Origin: the human T2T-CHM13v2.0 reference genome, Homo sapiens
Assembly: GCF_009914755.1 (NCBI RefSeq)
Contig: NC_060948.1
Direction: 5' to 3' (one strand)
Length of the DNA: 64,000 nt
Made by a program: the position numbers and the translations under genes. Under the pieces are notes generated by a model that was not told where the DNA came from, searched no databases, and worked only from the letters and a program-made list of their open reading frames with translations. Numbering within the stretch: position 1 is the stretch's first letter; each line of letters opens with the position of its first letter. Shown here one piece after another: positions 43,914 through 58,157 of the stretch.

Positions 43914-46900
43914 GGCCTGGAATAAAGTGGAATGCTACGGTCTCGAATGGAATAAAAATGTATGGAATGGAATGCAATGAAATGGAATCGAATGTCATAG
44001 AATGTAATGGAATGCAACAAAATGGAATCCAATATCATTGACTGGAAAGGCTGGGTGTCGAAAGGAATTGACTCCAATGGAATGGAATCGAATGGAATGG
44101 AAGTGAATAGAATCGAACTAAATCGAATGGAATGGAATTGATAGGAATGGAATGGAAAGGAATGCAATGATTTGGCATGGAATGGAATCGAATGGCATCG
44201 AATGGAATGGAATGGAATGCAATGGAATGGAATGAACTTTAATGGAATGTACTCGAATGGATTCGACTGGAATGGAATGTTCTGGAAGTGAATGGACTCC
44301 AATGGAATGGATTCAAAAGGAATGGAATCGTACGGAATGGAATCTAATGGAATGGAATTAAATGGAAATGAATCAAATTGAATAGCACGGAATTGAATTG
44401 AATGGAATGGAATGCAATGGAATCTAATGAAACGGAAAGGAAAGGAATGGAATGGAATGGAATGGGCTGGAATGGAAAGGAATCGAAACGAATGGAATGG
44501 AATCGAACTGAAGAGACTGGAATGGAATGCACTGGAATGGAAGGGAGTGTAATGGAAGGTTCTCGAAAAAAATGGAATCGAATGGAATGGAATTGAATGG
44601 AACGGAATAGAGTCGAATGGAATTGAATGGAATGGAATGGACTAGAGTGAAATGGAATCGAACCACAAGGAATGGACAGGAATAGAATGGTCTCGAATTG
44701 AATGGAATCGTATGGAATGGCATCAAACGGAATGGAATGGACAGCCACGGAATGGAATGCACTCGAATGCAATGGAGTCGAAACTAATGGACTGGAATAG
44801 AATGGACTCGACTGGTACGGACTCCAATGGAATGGAATCGAATGGAAGGGAATCGAACGGAATGGACTCGAAGGGAAAAGACTGCAATGGAAAGGTCTCG
44901 AATGGAATGGAAATTAATGGAATGGAATGGAATCGAATGAAATGGAGTCAAAAGGAATGGAATCGAATGGCAAGAAATCGAATGTAATGGAATCGCAAGG
45001 AATTGATGTGAACGGAACGGAATGGAATGGAATCCAAAGGAATGGAATAGAATGGAATGGAATCGAATGGAAAGGACTCGAATGGAAATCACTCGAATAG
45101 AATGCAATTTAATAAAATAGGATCAAATGTAATGGAATGGAATGGAAAGGAATCGAAACGAAAGGAATGGAGACAGATGGAATGGAATAGAACAGAGAGC
45201 AATGGTATAGAATGGAATGGAATCATCTGGAATGGAATTGAATGGAATGGAATAATATGAAATGGAATGGAATGGAATGGAATGGAATGCCCTTGAATTA
45301 AATGGACTGGAATGGAATGGACTCGAACAGAGTGGAATGGAAAGTGTTGAGATAGAATGGAATGGACTCCTTTGGAATGGTCTAGTATGCAATGCAATCG
45401 ACTGGCAGGGAATCAAAAGGAATGTAATCGAATGGATTGGACTGGAATGCAATGGACTCGAATAGATTGCAAACGGGATGCAAAGGAATGGAATGGAATA
45501 GTATGGAATGGAATGGAAAGGAATGGAGTGGAATAGACTAGAGTGGAATGGAATGGACTGGAAAGCAATGGACTGGAATGGAACTTTCTTGAATGGACTG
45601 GAATCAAACGGAATGGAATGCAATGCAATCAAATGGCATGGAATAAAATAGAATGAAAGAGAATCAAATGGAATTGAATCGAATGGAATCGAATGGATTG
45701 GAAAGGAATAGAATGGAATGGAATGGAATGGACTCAAATGGAATGGACTAGAATGGAATGGATTCGAATGGAAGGCAAAGGAATGGAATCTATTGGAATG
45801 GACTGTAATGGAATGGAATGGAAGGGATTGGAATGGACTCGAATGGAATGGACTGCAATAGAAAGGATTCGAATGGAATGAAAAAGAATTGAATGGAATA
45901 GAACAGAATGGAATCAAATCGAATGAAATGGAATGGAATAGAAAGGAATGGAATGAAATGGAATGGAAAGGATTCGAATGGAATGCAATCGAATGGAATG
46001 GAATCGAACGGAATGGAATAAAATGGAAGAAAACTGGCAAGAAATGGAATCGAAATGAATGGAGTGTTATGGAACGGACTCAAAAGGAATTGAATGTAAT
46101 AGAATGGAGTGGAGTGGACTCGAATATAATGGACTGGAATGGAATGAAATCACATGGAATGGGAACGAATGGAATGGAATGGAAAGGAATGGAATCGAAT
46201 GGAAAGGAATCGAATGGAAGGGAATGAAATTGAATCAACAGGAATGGAAGGGAATAGAATAGACGGTAATGGAATGGACTCGAATAGAATGGACACGAAT
46301 GCTCAAATTGAATGGACTCGAATGGAATGGAAACGAAAGGAATGTCATCGAATGGAATTGAATCGATTGGAATGAAATCGCATAGAATGGAGTGGAATCA
46401 AATGGAATTGAATCGAAAGGAAAGGAAGCGAATGGACTGAAATGAAATGGAATGGAATTGAATGGAAAGTAATGCAATGGAATAGAATGGAACGAAATTT
46501 CACGGAATGGAATCAAACTGAATGGAATCAAATCAATGGAATCTAATCAAATGGAATGGAAAGGAATTGAATGGAGTAGATTGGATTGGATGGGATTGGA
46601 ATGAAATGTACTGGAAAGGACTCGAATTTCATGAAACGGAATGGAATGAATTGGAACGGAATGGACTCGAATGGAATGGAATGTCATGGAATGGCATCAA
46701 ATGGAATGGCATCAAATGGAATGGAATCGAATGCAATGGAATGCTATGGAATGGAATGGAATGCATTGGAATGGAATGTCCTCTAATGGAATGGATTCGA
46801 GTGGAATGGAATCGAATATAATGGAGTCGAATGAAATGGAATTGAAAGGAATGGGATCGAATACAATGGAATATACTGGAATGTAATGTAATGAACTCGA

Positions 46901-47467
46901 ATGTAATTGACTGGAATGGAATGTACATGAATGGAATGTAATCGAATGGAAAGTAATCCAATGGAATAGAATCTAATGCAATAAAATCGACTCAGATAGA
47001 GTAGCATGTAATGGAATGGAGTGCAGTGCAATGGAATGGAATGGAATGGAATGCAATGGAATGGAATGGAATGGAATGGAATGGAATGGAATGGAATGGA
47101 ATGGGATGGAATGGTATGGAATGGATAGTAATGGACTGGAGTGAAATGGACTGGAAAGGAATGGACTCAAATTGAAAGGGCTCGAAAGGAATGGAGTCAA
47201 ATGGAATGGTCTGGAATGGAATGAACACGAATGTAATGCAATCCAATAGAATGGAATCGAATGGCATGGAATATAAAGAAATGGAATCGGAGAGAATGGA
47301 AACAAATGGAATGGAATTGAATGGAATGGAATTGAATGGAATGGGAACGAATGGAGTGAAATTTTATGCAGTAGAAGGGAATAGAATGGAATGCAAGCAA
47401 AAGGAAAGGAATGGATTGGAATGGAATGGAATTCATTGGAATGGAAGGGAATGTAGTGTAATGGACA
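43914..47467 (+). repeat. DYZ1 unit 14, 3554 bp (15-bp deletion near 44233)
   Basis: GGCC 43914 to 47468; lacks the GTATTAGAAT landmark before GAACTTTAAT. Confidence 0.88.
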
Positions 47468-50400
47468 GGCCTGGAATAAAGTGGAATGCTACGGTCTCGA
47501 ATGGAATAAAAATGTATGGAATGGAATGCAATGAAACGGAATCGAATGTCATAGAATGTAATGGAATGCAACAAAATGGAATCCAATATCATTGACTGGA
47601 AAGGCTGGGTGTCGAAAGGAATTGACTCCAATGGAATGGAATCGAATGGAATGGAAGTGAATAGAATCGAACTAAATCGAATGGAATGGAATTGATAGGA
47701 ACGGAATGGAAAGGAATGCAATGATTTGGCATGGAATGGAATCGAATGGCATCGAATGGAATGGAATGGAATGCAATGGAATGGAATGTATTAGAATGGA
47801 ATGAACTTTAATGGAATGTACTCGAATGGATTCGACTGGAATGGAATGTTCTGGAAGTGAATGGACTCCAATGGAATGGATTCCAAAGGAATGGAATCGT
47901 ACGGAATGGAATCTAATGGAATGGAATTAAATGGAAATGAATCAAATTGAATAGCACGGAATTGAATTGAATGGAATGGAATGCAATGGAATCTAATGAA
48001 ACGGAAAGGAAAGGAATGGAATGGAATGGAATGGGCTGGAATGGAAAGGAATCGAAACGAATGGAATGGAATCGAACTGAAGAGACTGGAATGGAATGCA
48101 CTGGAATGGAAGGGAGTGTAATGGAAGGTTCTCGAAAAAAATGGAATCGAATGGAATGGAATTGAATGGAACGGAATAGAGTCGAATGGAATTGAATGGA
48201 ATGGAATGGACTAGAGTGAAATGGAATCGAACCACAAGGAATGGACAGGAATAGAATGGTCTCGAATTGAATGGAATCGTATGGAATGGCATCAAACGGA
48301 ATGGAATGGACAGCCACGGAATGGAATGCACTCGAATGCAATGGAGTCGAAACTAATGGACTGGAATAGAATGGACTCGACTGGTACGGACTCCAATGGA
48401 ATGGATTCGAATGGAAGGGAATCGAACGGAATGGACTCGAAGGGAAAAGACTGCAATGGAAAGGTCTCGAATGGAATGGAAATTAATGGAATGGAATGGA
48501 ATCGAATGAAATGGAGTCAAAAGGAATGGAATCGAATGGCAAGAAATCGAATGTAATGGAATCGCAAGGAATTGATGTGAACGGAACGGAATGGAATGGA
48601 ATCCAAAGGAATGGAATAGAATGGAATGGAATCGAATGGAAAGGACTCGAATGGAAATCACTCGAATAGAATGCAATTTAATAAAATAGGATCAAATGTA
48701 ATGGAATGGAATGGAAAGGAATCGAAACGAAAGGAATGGAGACAGATGGAATGGAATGGAACAGAGAGCAATGGTATAGAATGGAATGGAATCATCTGGA
48801 ATGGAATTGAATGGAATGGAATAATATGAAATGGAATGGAATGGAATGGAATGGAATGCCCTTGAATTAAATGGACTGGAATGGAATGGACTCGAACAGA
48901 GTGGAATGGAAAGTGTTGAGATAGAATGGAATGGACTCCTTTGGAATGGTGTAGTATGCAATGCAATCGACTGGCAGGGAATCAAAAGGAATGTAATCGA
49001 ATGGAATGGACTGGAATGCAATGGACTCGAATAGATTGGAAACGGAATGCAAAGGAATGGAATGGAATAGTATGGAATGGAATGGAAAGGAATGGAGTGG
49101 AATAGACTAGAGTGGAATGGAATGGACTGGAAAGCAATGGACTGGAATGGAACTTTCTTGAATGGACTGGAATCAAACGGAATGGAATGCAATGCAATCA
49201 AATGGCATGGAATAAATTAGAATGAAGAAAATGAAATGGAATTGAATCGAATGGAATCGAATGGATTGGAAAGGAATAGAATGGAATGGAATGGAATTGA
49301 CTCAAATGGAATGGACTAGAATGGAATGGATTCGAATGGAAGGCAAAGGAATGGAATCTATTGGAATGGACTGTAATGGAATGGAATGGAAGGGATTGGA
49401 ATGGACTCGAATGGAATGGACTGCAATAGAAAGGATTCGAATGGAATGAAAAAGAATTGAATGGAATAGAACAGAATGGAATCAAATCGAATGAAATGGA
49501 ATGGAATAGAAAGGAATGGAATGAAATGGAATGGAAAGGATTCGAATGGAATGCAATCGAATGGAATGGAATCGAACGGAATGGAATAAAATGGAAGAAA
49601 ACTGGCAAGAAATGGAATCGAAATGAATGGAGTGTTATGGAACGGACTCAAAAGGAATTGAATGTAATAGAATGGAGTGGAGTGGACTCGAATATAATGG
49701 ACTGGAATGGAATGAAATCACATGGAATGGGAACGAATGGAATGGAAAGGAATGGAATCGAATGGAAAGGAATCGAATGGAAGGGAATGAAATTGAATCA
49801 ACAGGAATGGAAGGGAATAGAATAGACGGTAATGGAATGGACTCGAATAGAATGGACACGAATGCTCAAATTGAATGGACTCGAATGGAATGGAAACGAA
49901 AGGAATGTCATCGAATGGAATTGAATCGATTGGAATGAAATCGCATAGAATGGAGTGGAATCAAATGGAATTGAATCGAAAGGAAAGGAAGCGAATGGAC
50001 TGAAACGAAATGGAATGGAATTGAATGGAAAGTAATGCAATGGAATAGAATGGAACGAAATTTCACGGAATGGAATCAAACTGAATGGAATCAAATCAAT
50101 GGAATCAAATCAAATGGAACGGAAAGGAATTGAATGGAGTAGATTGGATTGGATGGGATTGGAATGAAATGTACTGGAAAGGACTCGAATTTCATGAAAT
50201 GGAATGGAATGAATTGGAACGGAATGGACTCGAATGGAATGGAATGTCATGGAATGGCATCAAATGGAATGGCATCAAATGGAATGGAATCGAATGCAAT
50301 GGAATGCTATGGAATGGAATGGAATGCATTGGAATGGAATGTCCTCTAATGGAATGGATTCGAGTGGAATGGAATCGAATATAATGGAGTCGAATGAAAT

Positions 50401-51025
50401 GGAATTGAAAGGAATGGGATCGAATAGAATGGAATATACTGGAATGTAATGTAATGAACTCGAATGTAATTGACTGGAATGGAATGTACATGAATGGAAT
50501 GTAATCGAATGGAAAGTAATCCAATGGAATAGAATCTAATGCAATAAAACCGACTCAGATAGAGTAGAATGTAATGGAATGGAGTGCAGTGCAATGGAAG
50601 GGAATGGAATTGAATGCAATAGAATGGAATGGAATGGAATGGAATGGAATGGAATGGAATGGGATGGAATGGTATGGAATGGATAGTAATGGACTGGAGT
50701 GAAATGGACTGGAAAGGAATGGACTCAAATTGAAAGGGCTCGAAAGGAATGGAGTCAAATGGAATGGTCTGGAATGGAATGAACACGAATGTAATGCAAT
50801 CCAATAGAATGGAATCGAATGGCATGGAATATAAAGAAATGGAATCGGAGAGAATGGAAACAAATGGAATGGAATTGAATGGAATGGAATTGAATGGAAT
50901 GGGAACGAATGGAGTGAAATTTTATGCAGTAGAAGGGAATAGAATGGAATGCAAGCAAAAGGAAAGGAATGGATTGGAATGGAATGGAATTCATTGGAAT
51001 GGAAGGGAATGTAGTGTAATGGACA
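47468..51025 (+). repeat. DYZ1 unit 15, 3558 bp, variant type A
   Basis: GGCC 47468 to 51026; carries AATAAATTAGAATGAAGAAAATGAAAT at 49211. Confidence 0.9.
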
Positions 51026-54000
51026 GGCCTGGAATAAAGTGGAATGCTACGGTCTCGAATGGAATAAAAATGTATGGAATGGAATGCAATGAAACGGAAT
51101 CGAATGTCATAGAATGTAATGGAATGCAACAAAATGGAATCCAATATCATTGACTGGAAAGGCTGGGTGTCGAAAGGAATTGACTCCAATGGAATGGAAT
51201 CGAATGGAATGGAAGTGAATAGAATCGAACTAAATCGAATGGAATGGAATTGATAGGAACGGAATGGAAAGGAATGCAATGATTTGGCATGGAATGGAAT
51301 CGAATGGCATCGAATGGAATGGAATGGAATGCAATGGAATGGAATGTATTAGAATGGAATGAACTTTAATGGAATGTACTCGAATGGATTCGACTGGAAT
51401 GGAATGTTCTGGAAGTGAATGGACTCCAATGGAATGGATTCCAAAGGAATGGAATCGTACGGAATGGAATCTAATGGAATGGAATTAAATGGAAATGAAT
51501 CAAATTGAATAGCACGGAATTGAATTGAATGGAATGGAATGCAATGGAATCTAATGAAACGGAAAGGAAAGGAATGGAATGGAATGGAATGGGCTGGAAT
51601 GGAAAGGAATCGAAACGAATGGAATGGAATCGAACTGAAGAGACTGGAATGGAATGCACTGGAATGGAAGGGAGTGTAATGGAAGGTTCTCGAAAAAAAT
51701 GGAATCGAATGGAATGGAATTGAATGGAACGGAATAGAGTCGAATGGAATTGAATGGAATGGAATGGACTAGAGTGAAATGGAATCGAACCACAAGGAAT
51801 GGACAGGAATAGAATGGTCTCGAATTGAATGGAATCGTATGGAATGGCATCAAACGGAATGGAATGGACAGCCACGGAATGGAATGCACTCGAATGCAAT
51901 GGAGTCGAAACTAATGGACTGGAATAGAATGGACTCGACTGGTACGGACTCCAATGGAATGGATTCGAATGGAAGGGAATCGAACGGAATGGACTCGAAG
52001 GGAAAAGACTGCAATGGAAAGGTCTCGAATGGAATGGAAATTAATGGAATGGAATGGAATCGAATGAAATGGAGTCAAAAGGAATGGAATCGAATGGCAA
52101 GAAATCGAATGTAATGGAATCGCAAGGAATTGATGTGAACGGAACGGAATGGAATGGAATCCAAAGGAATGGAATAGAATGGAATGGAATCGAATGGAAA
52201 GGACTCGAATGGAAATCACTCGAATAGAATGCAATTTAATAAAATAGGATCAAATGTAATGGAATGGAATGGAAAGGAATCGAAACGAAAGGAATGGAGA
52301 CAGATGGAATGGAATGGAACAGAGAGCAATGGTATAGAATGGAATGGAATCATCTGGAATGGAATTGAATGGAATGGAATAATATGAAATGGAATGGAAT
52401 GGAATGGAATGGAATGCCCTTGAATTAAATGGACTGGAATGGAATGGACTCGAACAGAGTGGAATGGAAAGTGTTGAGATAGAATGGAATGGACTCCTTT
52501 GGAATGGTGTAGTATGCAATGCAATCGACTGGCAGGGAATCAAAAGGAATGTAATCGAATGGAATGGACTGGAATGCAATGGACTCGAATAGATTGGAAA
52601 CGGAATGCAAAGGAATGGAATGGAATAGTATGGAATGGAATGGAAAGGAATGGAGTGGAATAGACTAGAGTGGAATGGAATGGACTGGAAAGCAATGGAC
52701 TGGAATGGAACTTTCTTGAATGGACTGGAATCAAACGGAATGGAATGCAATGCAATCAAATGGCATGGAATAAATTAGAATGAAGAAAATGAAATGGAAT
52801 TGAATCGAATGGAATCGAATGGATTGGAAAGGAATAGAATGGAATGGAATGGAATTGACTCAAATGGAATGGACTAGAATGGAATGGATTCGAATGGAAG
52901 GCAAAGGAATGGAATCTATTGGAATGGACTGTAATGGAATGGAATGGAAGGGATTGGAATGGACTCGAATGGAATGGACTGCAATAGAAAGGATTCGAAT
53001 GGAATGAAAAAGAATTGAATGGAATAGAACAGAATGGAATCAAATCGAATGAAATGGAATGGAATAGAAAGGAATGGAATGAAATGGAATGGAAAGGATT
53101 CGAATGGAATGCAATCGAATGGAATGGAATCGAACGGAATGGAATAAAATGGAAGAAAACTGGCAAGAAATGGAATCGAAATGAATGGAGTGTTATGGAA
53201 CGGACTCAAAAGGAATTGAATGTAATAGAATGGAGTGGAGTGGACTCGAATATAATGGACTGGAATGGAATGAAATCACATGGAATGGGAACGAATGGAA
53301 TGGAAAGGAATGGAATCGAATGGAAAGGAATCGAATGGAAGGGAATGAAATTGAATCAACAGGAATGGAAGGGAATAGAATAGACGGTAATGGAATGGAC
53401 TCGAATAGAATGGACACGAATGCTCAAATTGAATGGACTCGAATGGAATGGAAACGAAAGGAATGTCATCGAATGGAATTGAATCGATTGGAATGAAATC
53501 GCATAGAATGGAGTGGAATCAAATGGAATTGAATCGAAAGGAAAGGAAGCGAATGGACTGAAACGAAATGGAATGGAATTGAATGGAAAGTAATGCAATG
53601 GAATAGAATGGAACGAAATTTCACGGAATGGAATCAAACTGAATGGAATCAAATCAATGGAATCAAATCAAATGGAACGGAAAGGAATTGAATGGAGTAG
53701 ATTGGATTGGATGGGATTGGAATGAAATGTACTGGAAAGGACTCGAATTTCATGAAATGGAATGGAATGAATTGGAACGGAATGGACTCGAATGGAATGG
53801 AATGTCATGGAATGGCATCAAATGGAATGGCATCAAATGGAATGGAATCGAATGCAATGGAATGCTATGGAATGGAATGGAATGCATTGGAATGGAATGT
53901 CCTCTAATGGAATGGATTCGAGTGGAATGGAATCGAATATAATGGAGTCGAATGAAATGGAATTGAAAGGAATGGGATCGAATAGAATGGAATATACTGG

Positions 54001-54583
54001 AATGTAATGTAATGAACTCGAATGTAATTGACTGGAATGGAATGTACATGAATGGAATGTAATCGAATGGAAAGTAATCCAATGGAATAGAATCTAATGC
54101 AATAAAACCGACTCAGATAGAGTAGAATGTAATGGAATGGAGTGCAGTGCAATGGAAGGGAATGGAATTGAATGCAATAGAATGGAATGGAATGGAATGG
54201 AATGGAATGGAATGGAATGGGATGGAATGGTATGGAATGGATAGTAATGGACTGGAGTGAAATGGACTGGAAAGGAATGGACTCAAATTGAAAGGGCTCG
54301 AAAGGAATGGAGTCAAATGGAATGGTCTGGAATGGAATGAACACGAATGTAATGCAATCCAATAGAATGGAATCGAATGGCATGGAATATAAAGAAATGG
54401 AATCGAAGAGAATGGAAACAAATGGAATGGAAGTGAGTGGAATGGAATTGAATGGAATGGGAACGAATGGAGTGAAATTGTATGCAGTAGAAGAGAATAG
54501 AATGGAATGCAAGCGAAAGGAAAGGAATGGATTGGAATGGAATGGAATTCATTGGAATGGAAGGGAATGTAGTGTAATGGACA
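51026..54583 (+). repeat. DYZ1 unit 16, 3558 bp, variant type A
   Basis: GGCC 51026 to 54584; same variant at 52769. Confidence 0.9.
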
Positions 54584-57500
54584 GGCCTGGAATAAAGTGG
54601 AATGCTACGGTCTCGAATGGAATAAAAATGTATGGAATGGAATGCAATGAAACGGAATCGAATGTCATAGAATGTAATGGAATGCAAAAAAATGGAATCC
54701 AAAATCATTGACTGGAAAGGCTGGGTGTCGAAAGGAATTGACTCCAATGGAATGGAATCGAATGGAATGGAAGTGAATAGAATCGAACTAAATCGAATGG
54801 AATGGAATTGATAGGAACGGAATGGAAAGGAATGCAATGATTTGGCACGGAATGGAATCGAATGGCATCGAATGGAATGGAATGGAATGCAATGGAATGG
54901 AACGTATTAGAATGTAATGAACTTTAATGGAATGTACTCGAATGGATTCGACTGGAATGGAATGTTGTGGAAGTGAATGGACTCCAATGGAATGGATTCA
55001 AAAGGAATGGAATCGTACGGAATGGAATCTAATGGAATGGAATTAAATGGAAATGAATCAAATTGAATAGCATGGAATTGAATTGAATGGAATCGAATGC
55101 AATGGAATCTAATGAAACGGAAAGGAAAGGAATGGAATGGAATGGAATGGGCTGGAATGGAAAGGAATCGAAACGAATGGAATGGAATCGAACTGAAGAG
55201 ACTGGAATGGAATGCACTGGAATGGAAGGGAGTGTAATGGAAGGTTCTCGAAAAAAATGGAATCGAATGGAATGGAATTGAATGCAACGGAATAGAGTCG
55301 AATGGAATTGAATGGAATGGAATGGACTAGAGTGAAATGGAATCGAACCACAAGGAATGGACAGGAATAGAATGGTCTCGAATTGAATGGAATCGTATGG
55401 AATGGCATCAAACGGAATGGAATGGACAGCCACGGAATGGAATGCACTCGAATGCAATGGAGTCGAAACTAATGGACTGGAATAGAATGGACTCGACTGG
55501 TACGGACTCCAATGGAATGGAATCGAATGGAAGGGAATCGAACGGAATGGACTCGAAGGGAAAAGACTGCAATGGAAAGGTCTCGAATGGAATGGAAATA
55601 AATGGAATGGAATGGAATCGAATGAAATGGAGTCAAAAGGAATGGAATCGAATGGCAAGAAATCGAATGTAATGGAATCGCAAGGAATTGATGTGAACGG
55701 AACGGAATGGAATGGAATCCAAAGGAATGGAATAGAATGGAATGGAATCGAATGGAAAGGACTCGAATGGAAATCACTCGAATAGAATGCAATTTAATAA
55801 AATAGGACCAAATGTAATGGAATGGAATGGAAAGGAATCGAAACGAAAGGAATGGAGACAGATGGAATGGAATGGAACAGAGAGCAATGGTATAGAGTGG
55901 AATGGAATCATCTGGAATGGAATTGAATGGAATGGAATAATATGAAATGGAATGGAATGGAATGGAATGGAATGCCCTTGAATTAAATGGACTGGAATGG
56001 AATGGACTCGAACAGAGTGGAATGGAAAGTGTTGAGATAGAATGGAATGGACTCCTTTGGAATGGTCTAGTAGGCAATGCAATCGACTGGCAGGGAATCA
56101 AAAGGAATGTAATCGAATGGATTGGATTGGAATGCAATGGACTCGAATAGATTGCAAACGGAATGCAAAGGAATGGAATGGAATAGTATGGAATGGAATG
56201 GAAAGGAATGGAGTGGAATAGACTAGAGTGGAATGGAATGGACTGGAAAGAAATGGACTGGAATGGAACTTTCTTGAATGGACTGGAATCAAACGGAATG
56301 GAATGCAATGCAATCAAATGGCATGGAATAAAATAGAATGAAAGAGAATCAAATGGAATTGAATCGAATGGAATCGAATGGATTGGAAAGGAATAGAATG
56401 GAATGGAATGGAATTGACTCAAATGGAATGGACTAGAATGGAATGGATTCGAATGGAAGGCAAAGGAATGGAATCTATTGGAATGGACTGTAATGGAATG
56501 GAATGGAAGGGATTGGAATGGACTCGAATGGAATGGACTGCAATAGAAAGGATTCGAATGGAATGAAAAAGAATTGAATGGAATAGAACAGAATGGAATC
56601 AAATCGAATGAAATGGAATGGAATAGAAAGGAATGGAATGAAATGGAATGGAAAGGATTCGAATGGAATGCAATCGAATGGAATGGAATCGAACGGAATG
56701 GAATAAAATGGAAGAAAACTGGCAAGAAATGGAATCGAAATGAATGGAGTGTTATGGAACGGACTCAAAAGGAATTGAATGTAATAGAATGGAGTGGAGT
56801 GGACTCGAATATAATGGACTGGAATGGAATGAAATCACATGGAATGGGAACGAATGGAATGGAATGGAAAGGAATGGAATCGAATGGAAAGGAATCGAAT
56901 AGAAGGGAATGAAATTGAATCAACAGGAATGGAAGGGAATAGAATAGACGGTAATGGAATGGACTCGAATTGAATGGACACGAATGCTGAAATTGAATGG
57001 ACTCGAATGGAATGGAAACGAAAGGAATGTCATCGAATGGAATTGAATCGATTGGAATGAAATCGCATAGAATGGAGTGGAATCAAATGGAATTGAATCG
57101 AAAGGAAAGGAAGCGAATGGACTGAAACGAAATGGAATGGAATTGAATGGAAAGTAATGCAATGGAATAGAATGGAACGAAATTTCACGGAATGGAATCA
57201 AACTGAATGGAATCAAATCAATGGAATCTAATCAAATGGAATGGAAAGGAATTGAATGGAGTAGATTGTATTGGATGGGATTGGAATGAAATGTACTGGA
57301 AAGGACTCGAATTTCATGAAACGGAATGGAATGAATTGGAACGGAATGGACTCGAATGGAATGGAATGTCATGGAATGGCATCAAATGGAATGGCATCAA
57401 ATGGAATGGAATCGAATGCAATGGAATGCTATGGAATGGAATGGAATGCATTGGAATGGAATGTCCTCTAATGGAATGGATTCGAGTGGAATGGAATCGA

Positions 57501-58157
57501 ATATAATGGAGTCGAATGAAATGGAATTGAAAGGAATGGGATCGAATACAATGGAATATACTGGAATGTAATGTAATGAACTCGAATGTAATTGACTGGA
57601 ATGGAATGTACATGAATGGAATGTAATCGAATGGAAAGTAATCCAATGGAATAGAATCTAATGCAATAAAATCGACTCAGATAGAGTAGCATGTAATGGA
57701 ATGGAGTGCAGTGCAATGGAATGGAATGGAATGGAATGCAATGGAATGGAATGGAATGGAATGGAATGGAATGGAATGGAATGGAATGGAATGGGATGGA
57801 ATGGTATGGAATGGATAGTAATGGACTGGAGTGAAATGGACTGGAAAGGAATGGACTCAAATTGAAAGGGCTCGAAAGGAATGGAGTCAAATGGAATGGT
57901 CTGGAATGGAATGAACACGAATGTAATGCAATCCAATAGAATGGAATCGAATGGCATGGAATATAAAGAAATGGAATCGGAGAGAATGGAAACAAATGGA
58001 ATGGAATTGAATGGAATGGAATTGAATGGAATGGGAACGAATGGAGTGAAATTGTATGCAGTAGAAGGGAATAGAATGGAATGCAAGCAAAAGGAAAGGA
58101 ATGGATTGGAATGGAATGGAATTCATTGGAATGGAAGGGAATGTAGTGTAATGGACA
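54584..58157 (+). repeat. DYZ1 unit 17, 3574 bp, variant type B
   Basis: GGCC 54584 to 58158; diagnostic TTTGGCACGG, AACGTATTAG, GTTGTGGAAG, ATAGGACCAA, CTAGTAGGC. Confidence 0.9.

Noticed and set aside
55469-56725. Longest ORF, 418 aa on the minus strand (also 62601-63857)
   Set aside because: It arises when type-B SNVs (e.g. GGATCA>GGACCA) remove stop codons and fuse satellite ORFs; low-complexity HSIPF repeat with no coding evidence.
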